Positions 63,108 through 64,000 of a DNA stretch of 64,000 nucleotides are shown here, one piece after another. Within the stretch, counting starts at the first letter, position 1; each line of letters starts with the position of its first letter. Both the position numbers and the translations under genes were made by a program. This DNA is from Emcibacter sp. Lineage in GTDB: Bacteria > Pseudomonadota > Alphaproteobacteria > Sphingomonadales > Emcibacteraceae. The stretch spans positions 62,638 through 126,637 of the forward strand of contig NZ_JBLXJC010000004.1 in NCBI RefSeq assembly GCF_048269205.1, read 5' to 3'. Below the pieces are notes generated by a model. That model was not told the DNA's origin and searched no databases. It worked only from the letters and a program-made list of their open reading frames with translations.

Positions 63108-64000
63108 CAGTAGATGCCGCCGCCGTAATCCCGGGACAGCCGTTCCTGTGCCCTGCGGACAATTTCAAAGGCATCGCGCAGATGTTCCCGCTCCAGGGTG
63201 GAAAGTTCCTCCGGATTGACGAAGTTGTCCGCCTTGTCGCCTCTTTTGATCTGCCGGGCCTGGTGGCGGAAGCGAACTTCGGCAATGAATTCGTAGGCAT
63301 CGCGCAGGTTGTTCGCATCCTCGGGCATCAGAATCTTCTTTTCTTTCAGCCGGACCAGACGCTCGAGGGTATTCACCTCCTCGATGCCATGGGCCAGGGA
63401 ATGGGTGCGGGTGATATCCTGTATCGGCACGACCCCCTGTTTTTTGATGTCAAACCGGTCGGCATGTTCCTTGTTGCGCAGCAGAATAAAGCGCCGGAAA
63501 AACCCCAGCGGGACATGGGACTGGCGGGCATTTTCTGTCAAATGGGCGAGGAAGATACGGCTTTGGGCCGCATTCTCGGTGATATGGGCCCTGAGCTGCT
63601 CCACCAGGGACATGTCCCCGTAAATACCCCGCAAATCAAAAAATATGGTGGCATGCATGACTGCCTTGGGCTCCGGCTCACTGAACCATCTGTCGAAGGT
63701 TTTTTTCCAGTCCGACAGGGCAATGCGCAACTCATCATTACTGGCCATGATGTTACCGCCACAGAAAACATATCCGGCGGCATCAAGGTCGGCGCACATT
63801 TTTTCGGCGAGTTTTTTGAAATAGGGGCCGTGTTCGCTTTCCACATAGTCATCGGACAGTACAAATCCGTTATCCTGGTCCGAAAGCGCCGTCTGGTCGC
63901 AACGAGCCAGTGATCCGAAGGCAAGCAGGGCATAGGGCACCGGCGGCGGGCCGAGCTCCTTTTCGGCCAGTTCAAGCAGTTTCTTGTGGGCGGCCTCGCC
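63107..64000 (-). CDS. DUF294 putative nucleotidyltransferase (signal-transduction type), 5'-truncated by the window edge
   Basis: My own translation shows the frame stays open beyond the listed GTG at 63940 up to the window end (...KELGPPPVPYALLAFGSLARCDQTALSDQDN). This is the GlnD-like NTase motif G-S-x-x-R...D-x-D followed by the DUF294 C-terminal substrate-binding region. Confidence 0.75.
   Translation of the reverse strand, partial: GEAAHKKLLELAEKELGPPPVPYALLAFGSLARCDQTALSDQDNGFVLSDDYVESEHGPYFKKLAEKMCADLDAAGYVFCGGNIMASNDELRIALSDWKKTFDRWFSEPEPKAVMHATIFFDLRGIYGDMSLVEQLRAHITENAAQSRIFLAHLTENARQSHVPLGFFRRFILLRNKEHADRFDIKKQGVVPIQDITRTHSLAHGIEEVNTLERLVRLKEKKILMPEDANNLRDAYEFIAEVRFRHQARQIKRGDKADNFVNPEELSTLEREHLRDAFEIVRRAQERLSRDYGGGIY

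Noticed and set aside
1-64000. Search by eye for CRISPR repeats, tRNA/rRNA genes, IS elements, integrases, prophage genes and toxin-antitoxin pairs.
   Set aside because: No regularly spaced direct repeats, cloverleaf-like sequences in intergenic gaps or transposase/integrase-like ORFs were found. The only notable repeats are the 19-nt tandem at 44192 and the palindromes already reported. Short or degenerate elements could have been missed without software.

Overview
This is a 64 kb chromosomal segment, about 55-58% GC by eye, with gene content and synteny typical of a marine alphaproteobacterium: the suf operon tail, rsmB-rpe-heparinase-like-purH, a giant NAD-GDH and GTP-PEPCK. About 45 tightly packed, mostly intact CDSs are supported. 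Many are translationally coupled through ATGA or TGATG overlaps. I found no rRNA, tRNA, CRISPR array, transposase, integrase or phage genes, so the window looks like core or metabolic-accessory genome rather than a mobile island. Seven modules stand out. (1) An ECF sigma/ChrR anti-sigma pair faces a UfaD/UfaO-like (furan fatty acid type) operon. Three copies of a TGATC[CT]-N16-CGTA[AT] promoter motif are visible around it. (2) A 721-aa cytoplasmic reductive-dehalogenase-family protein has no membrane-anchor gene next to it. (3) An uncharacterised catabolic locus encodes a hydantoinase-A-like protein, DUF917, a MalT/LAL-type regulator, an Asp/Glu/hydantoin racemase and a TonB-dependent receptor. 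It carries a perfect 19-nt tandem repeat. (4) A 775-aa Asn/Thr/Gly-repeat PEP-CTERM protein sits behind a sigma-54-type -24/-12 element and a perfect 33-nt palindrome. (5) A four-gene operon encodes three glycosyltransferases and a flippase-like membrane protein. (6) A CrbS/CrbR-like acetate-switch locus contains a porin, acs, a response regulator, an SSS-domain hybrid kinase, DUF4212 and actP. (7) A functionally unassigned DUF294 nucleotidyltransferase / DnaQ-like exonuclease pair follows that locus. All functional calls come from motif and family recognition by eye. No database search was run.
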